Below are positions 26,996 to 39,929 of a stretch of 64,000 nucleotides of DNA, piece by piece. Made by a program: the position numbers and the translations under genes. The notes under the pieces were generated by a model, which was not told the DNA's origin, made no database searches, and was given only the letters and a program-made list of their open reading frames with translations. Within the stretch, counting starts at the first letter, position 1. Each line of letters begins with the position of its first letter. The stretch lies in contig NC_087436.1 of assembly GCF_036321535.1 (NCBI RefSeq), forward strand, positions 3,782,001-3,846,000, in the 5' to 3' direction. This DNA comes from Camelus dromedarius. Taxonomy: Eukaryota.

Positions 26996-29900
26996 GGTTT
27001 TAAGTTCCTGCAGGTTTCACTGTAAAAACGAGTTGGAGCTAGTACCTCCCCGTATATATGTATGGAGTAGAGTTTGCAAGTGAAAAGAAACTTTGTGTTC
27101 CCAACAAGCTAGGTGAAGGACGGCTTTCACACACACTTATCTCACAGAACTGAGCATGTGGAGAGACGTTCGTTCATCTAGCACAAAGTGATTGGGTTCA
27201 GGGGAAGATATTACTCTGGTTTCTCAGTGTGTTTCTAGTGCCGGTTGGAAGTTCCTGCAGTTTTCACTGTAAAACCGAGTTGGAGCTAGTACCTCCCCAT
27301 ATATATCTACGGAGTTGAGTTTGCAACTGGAAAGAAACTTTGTGTTCCCAACAAGCTAGGTGAAGTACGGCTTTCACACACACTTATCCCTCAGAATTAA
27401 GCATGTGGAGAGACGTTCATTCATCTAGCAAAATGGGAACGGGTTGCAGGAGAAACTTTTACTCTGTTTTCTGTCTGTGTCCTAGTGCCGGTTTGAAGTT
27501 CCTGCAGTTTTCACTGTAAAACCGAGTTGGAACTAATATATCCGCATATATATATATGGAGTGGAGTTTGCAACTGAAAAGAAACTTTGTGTTCCCAACA
27601 GGCTAGGTGAAGGACGGATTTCACACACACTTATCTCTCAGAACTGAGCATGTGGAAAGAGTATCGTTCATCTAGCACAAAGGGAACGGGTTCCAGCAGA
27701 AACTTTTACTCTGGTTTCTCAGTCTATTTCCTAGTGCCGGTTTGAAGTACCTGCAGTTTTCACTGTAAAACCGAGTTGGAGCTAGTACCTCCCCATATAT
27801 AATTATGGAGTGGAGTTTGCAATTGAAAAGAAACTTTGTGATCCCAACAAGCTAGGTGAAGGACGGCTTCACACACACTTATCTCTCAGAACTGAGCATG
27901 TGGAGAGACGTTCGTTCATCTAGCACAAAGGGAACGGGTTGCAGGAGAAACTTTTACTCTGGTTTCTCAGTCTGTTTCCTAGTGCCGGTTTGAAGTTCCT
28001 GCAGATTTCACTGTAAAAACGAGTTGGAGCTAGTTCCTGCCCATATATATGTATGGAGTAGAGTTTGCAAGTGAAAAGAAACTTTGTGTTCCCAACAAGC
28101 TAGGTGAAGGACGGCTTTCACACACACTTATCTCTCAGAACTGAGCATGTGGAGAGACGTTCGTTCATCTAGCACAAAGTGATCAGGTTCAGGGGAAGCT
28201 ATTACTCTGGTTTATCAGTCTGTTTCTAGTGCCGGTTGGAAGTTCCTGCAGTTTTCACTGTAAAACCGAGTTGGAGCTAGTACCTCCCCATATATATGTA
28301 TGGAGTAGAGTTTGCAACTGAAAAGAAACTCTGTGTTCCAAACAAGCTATGTGAAGGACGGCTTTTACACACATTTATCTCTCAGAACTGAGCATGTGGA
28401 GAGACGTTCGTTCATCTAGCACAAAGGGAACGGGTTGCAGGAGAAACTTTTACTCTGCATTCTCAGTCTGTTTCCTGTTGCCGGTTTGATGTTCCTGCAG
28501 TTTTCACTGTAAAACCGAGTTGGAGCTAGTACATCCCCATATATATGTATGGAGTGGAGTTTGCAACTGAAAAGAAACTTTGTGTTCCCAAAAGCTAGGT
28601 GAAGGACGGCTTCACACACAATTATCTCTCAGAACTGAGCATGTGGGGAGACGTTCGTTCAACTAGCACAAAGGGAAACGTTTGCCGGAGTAACTTTTAC
28701 TCTGGTTTCTCAGTCTGTTTCATAGTGCCGGTTTTAAGTTCCTGCAGGTTTCACTGTAAAAACGAGTTGGAGCTAGTACCTCCCCATATATATGTATGGA
28801 GTAGAGTTTGCAAGTGAAAAGAAACTTTGTGTTCCCAACAAGCTAGGTGAAGGACGGCTTTCACACACACTTATCTCTCAGAACTGAGCATGTGGAGAGA
28901 CGTTCGTTCATTTAGCACAAAGTGATTGGGTTCAGGGGAAGATATTACTCTGGTTTCTCAGTGTGTTTCTAGTGCCGGTTGGAAGTTCCTGCAGTTTTCA
29001 CTGTAAAACCGAGTTGGAGCTAGTACCTCCCCATATATATCTACGGAGTTGAGTTTGCAACTGGAAAGAAACTTTGTGTTCCCAACAAACTAGGTGAAGT
29101 ACGGCTTTCACACACACTTATCCCTCAGAATTAAGCATCTGGAGAGACGTTCATTCATCTAGCAAATTGTGAACGGTTTGCAGGAGAAACTTTTACTCTG
29201 TTTTCTCAGTCTGTGTCCTAGTGCCGGTTTGAAGTTCCTGCAGTTTTCACTGTAAAACCGAGTTGGAGCTAGTACCTCCCCATATATATCTACGGAGTTG
29301 AGTTTGCAACTGGAAAGAAACTTTCTCTTCCCAACAAGCTAGTTGAAGTACGGCTTTCACACACACTTATCTCTCAGAACTGAGCAAGTGGAAAGAGTTT
29401 CGTTAGTCTAGCACAAAGGGAACGGGTTCCAGCAGAAACCTTTACTCTGGTATCTCAGTCTACTTCCTACTGCCGTTTGAAGTTCCTGCAGTATTCACTG
29501 TAAATCCGAGTTGGAGCTAGTACCTCCCCATATATATGAAGGAAGTGGAGTTTGCAAGTGAAAAGAAACTTTGTGTTCCCAACAAGCTAGGTGAAGGACG
29601 GCTTTCACACACACTTATCTCTCAGAACTGAGCATGTGGAGAGACGTTCGTTCATCTAGCACAATGGGAACGGGTTGCAGGAGAAACTTTTACTCTGGAT
29701 TCTCAGTCTGTTTCCTACTACCTGTTTGAAGTTCCTGCAGTTTTCACTGTAAAACCGAGTTGGAGCTAGTACATATCCATATATATGTATGGAGTGGATT
29801 TTGCAACTGAAAAGAAACTCTGTGTTCCCAAAAGCTAGGTGAAGGACGGCTTCACACACAATTATCTCTCAGAACTGAGCATGTGGGGAGACGTTCGTTC

Positions 29901-32900
29901 AACTAGCACAAAGGGAACCGTTTGCCGGGGTAACTTTTACTCTGGTTTCTCATTCTGTTTCATAGTGCCGGTTTTAAGTTCCTGCAGATTTCACTGTAAA
30001 AACGAGTTGGAGCTAGTTCCTCCCCATATATATGTATGGAGTAGAGTTTGCAAGTGAAAAGAAACTTTGTGTTCCCAACAAGCTAGGTGAAGGACGGCTT
30101 TCACACACACTTATCTCTCAGAACTGAGCATGTGGAGAGACGTTCGTTCATCTAGCACAAAGTGATCGGGTTCAGGGGAAGCTATTACTCTGGTTTATCA
30201 GTCTGTTTCTAGTGCCGGTTGGAAGTTCCTGCAGTTTTCACTGTAAAACCGAGTTGGAGCTAGTACCTCCCCATATATATGTATGGAGTAGAGTTTGCAA
30301 CTGAAAAGAAACTCTGTGTTCCCAACAAGCTATGTGAAGGACGGCTTTTACACACATTTATCTCTCAGAACTGAGCATGTGGAGAGACGTTCGTTCATCT
30401 AGCACAAAGGGAACGGGTTGCAGGAGAAACTTTTACTCTGGATTCTCAGTGTGTTTCCTGTTGCCGGTTTGATGTTCCTGCAGTTTTCACTGTAAAACCG
30501 AGTTGGAGCTAGTACATCCCATATATATGTATGGAGTTGAGTTTGCAACTGAATAGAAATTTTGTGTTCCCAAAAGCTAGGTGAAGGACGGCTTCACACA
30601 CAATTATCTCTCAGAACTGAGCATGTGGGGAGACGTTCGTTCAACTAGCACAAAGGGAAACGTTTGCCGGAGTAACTTTTACTCTGGTTTCTCAGTCTGT
30701 TTCCTAGTGCCGGTTTTAAGTTCCTGCAGGTTTCACTGTAAAAACGAGTTGGAGCTAGTACCACCCCATATATATGTATGGAGTTGAGTTTGCAACTGGA
30801 AAGAAACTTTGTGTTCCCAACAAGCTAGGTGAAGGACGGATTTCACACACACTTATCTCTCAGAATTGAGCATGTGGAAAGAGTATCGTTCATCTAGCAC
30901 AAAGGGAACGGGTTCCAGCAGAAACTTTTACTCTGGTTTCTCAGTCTGTTTCCTAGGGCCTGTTTGAAGTTCCTGCAGTTTTCACTGTAAAACCGAGTGG
31001 AGCTACTACCGCCCCATATATAGGTATGGAGTGGAGTTTGCAACTGAAAAGAAACTTTGTGTTCCAAACAAGCTAGGTGAAGGACGGCTTACACACACAC
31101 TTATCTCTCAGAACTGAGCATGTGGAGAGACGTTCGTTCATCTAGCAATAATGGAACGCTTTGCAGGAGAAACTTTTACTCTGGTTTCTCAGTCTGTTTC
31201 CTAGTGCCGGTTTGAAGTTCCTGCAGTTTTCACTGTAAAACCGAGTTGGAGCTAGTACCTCCCCATATTTATGTATGGAGTGGAGTTTGCAAGTGAAAAC
31301 AAACTTTGTGTTCCCAACAAGCTAGGTGAAGGACGGCTTTCACACACACTTATCTCTCAGAACTGAGCATGTGGAGAGACGTTCGTTAATTTAGCACAAA
31401 GGGAACGGGTTGCAGTAGAAACTATTTCTCTGGTTTCTCAGTCTGTTTCCTGTTGCCTGTTTGAAGTTCCTGCAGTTTTCACTGTAAAACCGAGTTGGAG
31501 CTAGTACCTCCCCATATATATGAAGGAAGTGGAGTTTGCAAGTGAAAAGAAACTTTGTGTTCCCAACAAGCTAGGTGAAGGACGGCTTCACACACAATTA
31601 TCTCTCAGAAATGAGCATGTGGGGAGACGTTCGTTCAACTAGCACAAAGGGAACCGTTTGCCGGAGTAACTTTTACTCTGGTTTCTCATTCTGTTTCATA
31701 GTGCCGGTTTTAAGTTCCTGCAGATTTCACTGTAAAAACGAGTTGGAGCTAGTTCCTACCCATATATATGTATGGAGTAGAGTTTGCAAGTGAAAAGAAA
31801 CTTTGTGTTCCCAACAAGCTAGGTGAAGGACGGCTTTCACACACACTTATCTCTCAGAACTGAGCATGTGGAGAGACGTTCGTTCATCTAGCACAAAGTG
31901 ATCGGGTTCAGGGGAAGCTATTACTCTGGTTTATCAGTCTGTTTCTAGTGCCGGTTGGAAGTTCCTGCAGTTTTCACTGTAAAACCGAGTTGGAGCTAGT
32001 ACCTCCCCATATATATGTATGGAGTAGAGTTTGCAACTGAAAAGAAACTCTGTGGTCCCAACAACCTATGTGAAGGACGGCTTTTACACACATTTATCTC
32101 TCAGAACTGAGCATGTGGAGAGACGTTCGTTCATCTAGCACAAAGTGATCGGGTTCAGGGGAAGCTATTACTCTGGTTTATCAGTCTGTTTCTAGTGCCG
32201 GTTGGAAGTTCCTGCAGTTTTCACTGTAAAACCGAGTTGGAGCTAGTACCTCCCCATATATATCTACGGAGTTGAGTTTGCAACTGGAAAGAAACTTTGT
32301 GTTCCCAACAAGCTAGGTGAAGGACGGATTTCACACACACTTATCTCTCAGAATTGAGCATGTGGAAAGAGTATCGTCCATCTAGCACAAAGGGAACGGG
32401 TTCCAGCAGAAACTTTTACTCTGGTTTCTCAGTCTGTTTCCTAGGGCCTGTTTGAAGTTCCTGCAGTTTTCACTGTAAAACCGAGTGGAGCTACTACCGC
32501 CCCATATATTGGTATGGAGTGGAGTTTGCAACTGAAAAGAAACTTTGTGTTCCCAACAAGCTAGGTGAAGGACGGCTTACACACACACTTATCTCTCAGA
32601 ACTGAGCATGTGGAGAGACGTTCGTTCATCTAGCAATAATGGAACGCTTTGCAGGAGAAACTTTTACTCTGGTTTCTCAGTCTGTTTCCTAGTGCCGGTT
32701 TGAAGTTCCTGCAGTTTTCACTGTAAAACAGAGTTGGAGCTAGTACCTCCCCATATATATGTATGGAGTGGAGTTTGCAAGTGAAAACAAACTTTGTGTT
32801 CCCAACAAGCTAGGTGAAGGACGGCTTTCACACACACTTATCTCTCAGAACTGAGCATGTGGAGAGACCTTCGTTAATTTAGCACAAAAGGAACGGGTTG

Positions 32901-35900
32901 CAGGAGAAATTTTTTCTCTGGTTTCTCAGTCTGTTTCCTGTTGCCTGTTTGAAGTTCCTGCAGTTTTCACTGTAAAACCGAGTTGGAGCTAGTACCTCCC
33001 CATATATATTAAGGAAGTGGAGTTTGCAAGTGAAAAGAAACTTTGTGTTCCCAACAAGCTAGGTGAAGGACGGCTTTCACACACACTTATCTCTCAGAAC
33101 TGAGCATGTGGAGAGACGTTCGTTCATCTAGCACAATGAGAACGGGTTGCAGGAGAAACTTTTAGTCTGGATTCTCAGTCTGTTTCCTACTACCTGTTTG
33201 AATTTCCTGCAGTTTTCACTGTTAAACCGAGTTGCAGCTAGTACATATCCATATATATGTATGGAGTGGAGTTTGCAACTGAAAAGAAACTCTGTGTTCC
33301 CAAAAGCTAGGTGAAGGACGGCTTCACACACAATTATCTCTCAGAACTGAGCATGTGGGGAGACGTTCGTTCAACTAGCACAAAGGGAACCGTTTGCCGG
33401 AGTAACTTTTACTCTGGTTTCTCATTCTGTTTCATAGTGCCGGTTTTAAGTTCCTGCAGATTTCACTGTAAAAACGAGTTGGAGCTAGTTCCTACCCATA
33501 TATATGTATGGAGTAGAGTTTGCAAGTGAAAAGAAACTTTGTGTTCCCAACAAGCTAGGTGAAGGACGGCTTTCACACACACTTATCTCTCAGAACTGAG
33601 CATGTGGAGAGACGTTCGTTCATCTAGCACAAAGTGATCGTGTTCAGGGGAAGCTATTACTCTGGTTTATCAGTCTGTTTCTAGTGCCGGTTGGAAGTTC
33701 CTGCAGTTTTCACTGTAAAACCGAGTTGGAGCTAGTACCTCCCCATATATATGTATGGAGTAGAGTTTGCAACTGAAAAGAAACTCTGTGGTCCCAACAA
33801 GCTATGTGAAGGACGGCTTTTACACACATTTATCTCTCAGAACTGAGCATGTGGAGAGACGTTCGTTCATCTAGCACAAAGTGATCGGGTTCAGGGGAAG
33901 CTATTACTCTGGTTTATCAGTCTGTTTCTAGTGCCGGTTGGAAGTTCCTGCAGTTTTCACTGTAAAACCGAGTTGGAGCTAGTACCTCCCCATATATATC
34001 TACGGAGTTGAGTTTGCAACTGGAAAGAAACTTTTAGTTCCCAACAAGCTAGGTGAAGTACGGCTTTCACACACACTTATCCCTCAGAATTAAGTATGTG
34101 GAGAGACGTTCATTCATCTAGCAAAATGGGAACGGGTTGCAGGAGAAACTTTTACTCTGTTTTCTCAGTCTGTGTCCTAGTGCCGGTTTGAAGTTCCTGC
34201 AGTTTTCACTGTAAAACCGAGTTGGAACTAATACATCCCCATATATATGTATGGAGTGGAGTTTGCAACTGAAAAGAAACTTTGTGTTCCCAACAAGCTA
34301 GGTGAAGAACGGCTTCACACACACTTATCTCTCAGAACTGAGCATGTGGAGAGACGTTCGTTCATCTATCACAAAGGGAACGGGTTGCAGGAGAAACTTT
34401 TACTCTGGTTTCTCACTCTGTTTCCTAGTGCCTGTTTGAAGTTCCTGCAGTTTTCACTGTAAAACCGAGTGGAGCTACTACCGCCCCATATATATGTATG
34501 GAGTGGAGTTTGCAAGTGAAAACAAACTTTGTGTTCCCAACAAGCTAGGTGAAGGACGGCTTTCACACACACTTTTCTCTCAGATCTGAGCATGTGGATA
34601 GACGTTCGTTCATCTAGCACAAATGGAATGGGTTCCAGGAGAAACATTTATTCTGGTTTCTCAGTCTGTTTCCTAGTGCCTGTTTGAAGTTCCTGCAGTT
34701 TTCACTGTAAAACCGATTGGAGCTACTACCGCCCCATATATAGGTATGGAGTGGAGTTTGCAACTGAAAAGAAACTTTGTGTTCCCAACAAGCTAGGTGA
34801 AGGACGGCTTACACACACACTTATCTCTCAGAACTGAGCATGTGGAGAGACGTTCGTTCATCTAGCAATAATGGAACGCTTTGCAGGAGAAACTTTTACT
34901 CTGGTTTCTTAGTCTGTTTCCTAGTGCCGGTTTGAAGTTCCTGCAGTTTTCAATGTAAAACCGAGTTGGAGCTAGTACATCCCCATATATAAGTAAGGAG
35001 TGAAGTTTGCCACTGAAAAGAAACTCTGTGTTCCCAAAAAGCTAGTGAAGTACGGCTTTCACACACACGTATCTCTCAGAACTGAGCATGTGGAGAGATG
35101 TTCGTTCATCTAGCACAAAGGGAACGGGGTGCAGGAGAAACTTTTACTCTGGTTTCTCAGTCTGTTTCCTAGTGCCGATTTGAAGTTCTTGCAGTTTTCA
35201 CTGTAAAGCCGAATTGGAGCTAGTACCTCCCCATATATATGTATGGAGTGGAGTTTGCAAGTGAAAACAAACTTTGTGTTCCCAACAAGCTAGGTGAAGG
35301 ACGGCTTTCACACACACTTATCTCTCAGAACTGAGCATGTGGAGAGACGTTCGTTAATTTAGCACAAAAGGAACGGGTTGCAGGAGAAACTTTTTCTCTG
35401 GTTTCTCAGTCTGTTTCCTGTTGCCGGTTTGAAGTTCCTGCAGTTTTCACTGTAAAACCGAGTTGGAGCTAGTACCTCCCCATATATATGAAGGAAGTGC
35501 AGTTTGCAAGTGAAAAGAAACTTTGTGTTCCCAACAAGCTAGGTGAAGGACGGCTTTCACACACACTTATCTCTCAGAACTGAGCATGTGGAGAGACGTT
35601 CGTTCATCTAGCACAATGGGAACGGGTTGCAGGAGAAACTTTTACTCTGGATTCTCAGTCTGTTTCCTACTACCTGTTTGAATTTCCTGCAGTTTTCACT
35701 GTAAAACCGAGTTGGAGCTAGTACATATCCATATATATGTATGGAGTGGAGTTTGCAACTGAAAAGAAACTCTGTGTTCCCAAAAGCTAGGTGAAGGACG
35801 GCTTCACACACAATTATTTCTCAGAACTGAGCATGTGGGGAGACGTTCGTTCAACTAGCACAAAGGGAACCGTTTTCCGGAGTAACTTTTACTCTGGTTT

Positions 35901-38900
35901 CTCATTCTGTTTCATAGTGCCGGTTTTAAGTTCCTGCAGATTTCACTGTAAAAACGAGTTGGAGCTAGTTCCTCCCCATATATATGTATGGAGTAGAGTT
36001 TTCAAGTGAAAAGAAACTTTGTGTTCCCAACAAGCTAGGTGAAGGACGGCTTTCACACACACTTATCTCTCAGAACTGAGCATGTGGAGAGACGTTCGTT
36101 CATCTAGCACAAAGTGATCGGGTTCAGGGTAAGCTATTACTCTGGTTTATCAGTCTGTTTCTAGTGCCGGTTGGAAGTTCCTGCAGTTTTCACTGTAAAA
36201 CCGAGTTGGAGCTAGTACCTCCCCATATATATGTATGGAGTAGAGTTTGCAACTGAAAAGAAACTCTGTGTTCCCAACAAGCTATGTGAAGGACGGCTTT
36301 TACACACATTTATCTCTCAGAAGTGAGCATGTGGAGAGACGTTCGTTCATCTAGCACAAAGGGAACGGGTTGCAGGAGAAACTTTTACTCTGGATTCTCA
36401 GTCTGTTTCCTGTTGCCGGTTTGATGTTCCTGCAGTTTTCACTGTAAAAACGAGTTGGAGCTTGTACCTCCCCATATATATCTACAGAGATGAGTTTGCA
36501 ACTGGAAAGAAATTTTGTGTTCCCAACAAGCTAGTTAAAGTACGGCTTTCACACACATTTATCTCTCAGAACTTAGCATGTTGAGAGACTTCGTTCATCT
36601 AGCACAAAGGGAACGGGTTGCAGTAGAAACTTTTACTCTGGATTCTCAGTCGTTTCCTAGTGCCGGTTTGAAATTCCTGCAGTTTTCACTGTGAAACCGA
36701 TTTGGAGCTAGTACCTCCCCATATATATGTATGGATTGGACTTTGCAAATGGAAAGAAACTTTGTGTGCCCAACAAGCTTGGTGAAGGACGGCTGTCACA
36801 CAAAATTATCTCTCAGAACTGAGCATGTTGAGAGACGTTCATTCATCTAGCACAAAGGGAACGGGTTGCAGGTGAAACTTTTACTATGTTTTCTCACTCT
36901 GTTTCCTACTGCCGGTTTGAAGTTCCTGTAATTTTCACTGTAAAACCGAGTTGGAATTAGTACCTCCCCATATATAAGTATGGAGAGGAGTTTGCAAGTG
37001 AAAAGAAACTATGTGTTCCCAAAAATCTAGGTGAAGGACGGCTGTCACCCAAACTTATCCCTCAGAACTAAGCATGTGGAGAGACGTTCATTCATCTAAC
37101 ACAATGGGAACGGTTTGCAGGAGAATCTTTTACTCTGTTTTCTCAGTCTGTGTCCTAGTGCCTGTTTGAAGTTCCTGCAGTTTTCACTGTAAAACCGAGT
37201 TGGAGCTAGTACCTCCCCATGTATATGTATGGAATGGAGTTTGCAACTGAAAAGAAACTTTGTGTTCCCAACAAGCTAGGTGAAGGACGGCTTTCACACA
37301 CACTAATCTCTCAGAACTGAGCATGTGGAGAGACGTACGTTCATCTAGCAAAAATGGAGCGGGTTGCAGGAGAAACTTTTACTCTGGATTCTCAGTCTGT
37401 TTCCTAGTGCCGGTTTGAAGTTCCTGCAGTTTTCACTGTAAAACCGAGTTGGAGCTAGTATCTCCCCATATATAAGTAAGGAGTGGATTTTGCCACTGAA
37501 AAGAGACTTTGTGTTCCCAAAAAGCTAGGTGAAGTACGGCTTTCACACACAATTATCTCTCAGAACTGAGCATGTGCAGAGACGTTCGTTCATCTAGCAC
37601 AACGGGAACGGGTTGCATGAGGAAATTTTACTCTGGTTTCTCAGTCTGTTTCTTAGTGCCAGTTGGAATTTCCTGCAATTTTCACTGTAAAACCGAGTTG
37701 GAGCTTGTACCTCCCCATATATATGTATTTAGTGGAGTTTGCAACTGAAAAGAATCTTTGTGTTCCCAACAAGCTAGGTGAAGGACGGCTTTCACACACA
37801 CTTTTCTCTCAGAACTGAGCATGTGGATAGACGTTCGTTCATCTAGCACAAAGGGAAAGGGTTGCAGGAGAAACATTTATTCTGCTTTCGCAGTCTGTTT
37901 CCTAGTGCCTGTTTGAAGTTCCTGCTGTTTTCACTGTAAAACCGAGTTGGAGCTTGTACCTCCCCATATATATGTATGGAGTGGAGTTTGCAACTGAAAA
38001 GAAACTTTGTGATCCCAACAAGCTAGGTGAAGGACGGCTTTCACACACAATTATCTCTTAGAAATGAGCATGTGGAGAGACTTTCGTTCATCTAGCACAA
38101 AGGGATCGGGTTGCAGGAGGAACTTTTTCTCTGGATTTTCAGTCTGTTTCCTAGTGCCGGTTTGAAGTTCCTGCAGTTTTCACTGTAAAACCGAGTTGGA
38201 GCTAGTCCCTACCCATATATATGTATGGAGTGGATTTGGCAACTGAAAAGAAACTTTGTGTTCCCAACAAGCTACGTGAAAAATGGCTTTCACACACACT
38301 TATCTCTCAGAACTAAGCATGTGGAGAGACGTTCGTTCATCTAGCACAAAGGGAATGGGTTGCAGGAGAAATTTTTACTCTGGTTTCTCTGTCTGTTTCC
38401 TACTGCCGGTTTGAAGTTCCTGAAGTTTTCACTGTAAAACTGAGTTGGACCTTGTACCTCCCCATATATATGTATGGAGTGGAATTTGCAAGTGAAAAGA
38501 AACTTTGTGTTCCCAACAAGTTAGGTGAAGGACGGCTTTCACACACACTTATCTCTCAGAAATGAGCATGTGGAGAGACGTTCGTTCATCTAACACAAAG
38601 GGAACGGGTTGCAGGAGAAATTTTACTCTGGTTTCTCAGTCTGTTTCCTGTTGCCGGTTTGATGTTCCTGCAGTTTTCACTGTAAACCGAGTTGGAGCTA
38701 GTACTTCCCCATATATATGTATGGTTTTGAGTTTGCAACTGAAAAGAAACTTTGTGTTCCCAACAAGCTAGGTGAAGGAAGGCTTCACACACAATTATCT
38801 CTCAGTACTTAGCATGTGGAGAGACGTTCGTTCATCTTGCACAAAGTGAACTGGATGCAGGTGAAACTTTTTCTCTGGTTTCTCAATCTGTTTCCTAGTG

Positions 38901-39929
38901 CCGGTTTGAAGTTCCTGCAGTTTTCACTGTAAAACCGAGTTGGAGCTAGTACTTCCCCTTATATATTTATGGAGTATAGTTTGCAAATGAAAAGAAACTT
39001 TGTGTTCCCAACAAGCTAGGTGAAGGACGGCTTTCAAACACACTTATCTCTCAGAACTGAGCATGTGGAGAGACGTTCGTTCATCTAGCACAATGGGAAC
39101 GGGTTGCAGGAGAAACTTTTACTCTGGTTTCTCAGTCTGTTTCCTACTACTTGTTTGAAGTCCCTGCAGTTTTCACTGTAAAACCGAGTTGGAGCTAGTA
39201 CCACCCCATATATATGTATGGAGTGGATTTTGCCACTGAAAAGAAACTTTGTGTTCCCATAAATCTAGGTGAATTTTGGCTTTCACACACACTTATCTCT
39301 CAGAACAGAGCATGTGGAGAGACGTTCGTTCATCTAGCACAGAGGGACCGGGTTGCAGGAGGAACTTTTACTCTGTTTTATCAGCATGTTTCTTAGTGCC
39401 AGTTGGAAGTTCCTGCAGTTTTCACTGTAAAACCGAGTTGGAGCTAGTACCTCGCCATATATAATTATGGAGTGGAGTTTGCAATTGAAAAGAAACTTTG
39501 TGATCCCAACAAGCTAGGTGAAGGACGGCTTCACACACACTTATCTCTCAGAACTGAGCATGTGGAGAGACGTTCGTTCATCTAGCACAAATGGAACGGG
39601 TTGCAGGAGAAACTTTTATTCTGGTTTCTCAGTCTGTTTCCTAGTGCCGGTTTGAAGTTCCTGCAGTTTTCACTTTAAAATCGAGTTGGAGCTTTTACCA
39701 CCCCATATATATCTATGGATTGGAGTTTGCAACTGGAAAGAAACTTTCTCTTCCAAACAAGCTAGTTGAAGTACGGCTTTCACACACACTTATCTCTCCG
39801 AACTTAACATGTTGACAGAATTCGTTCATCTATCACAAAGTGAACGGGTTGCAGGAGTAAAAATTACTCTGGTTTCTCAGTCTGTTTCCTACTGCCGGTT
39901 TGAAGTTCCTGCAGTTTTCACTGTAAAAC

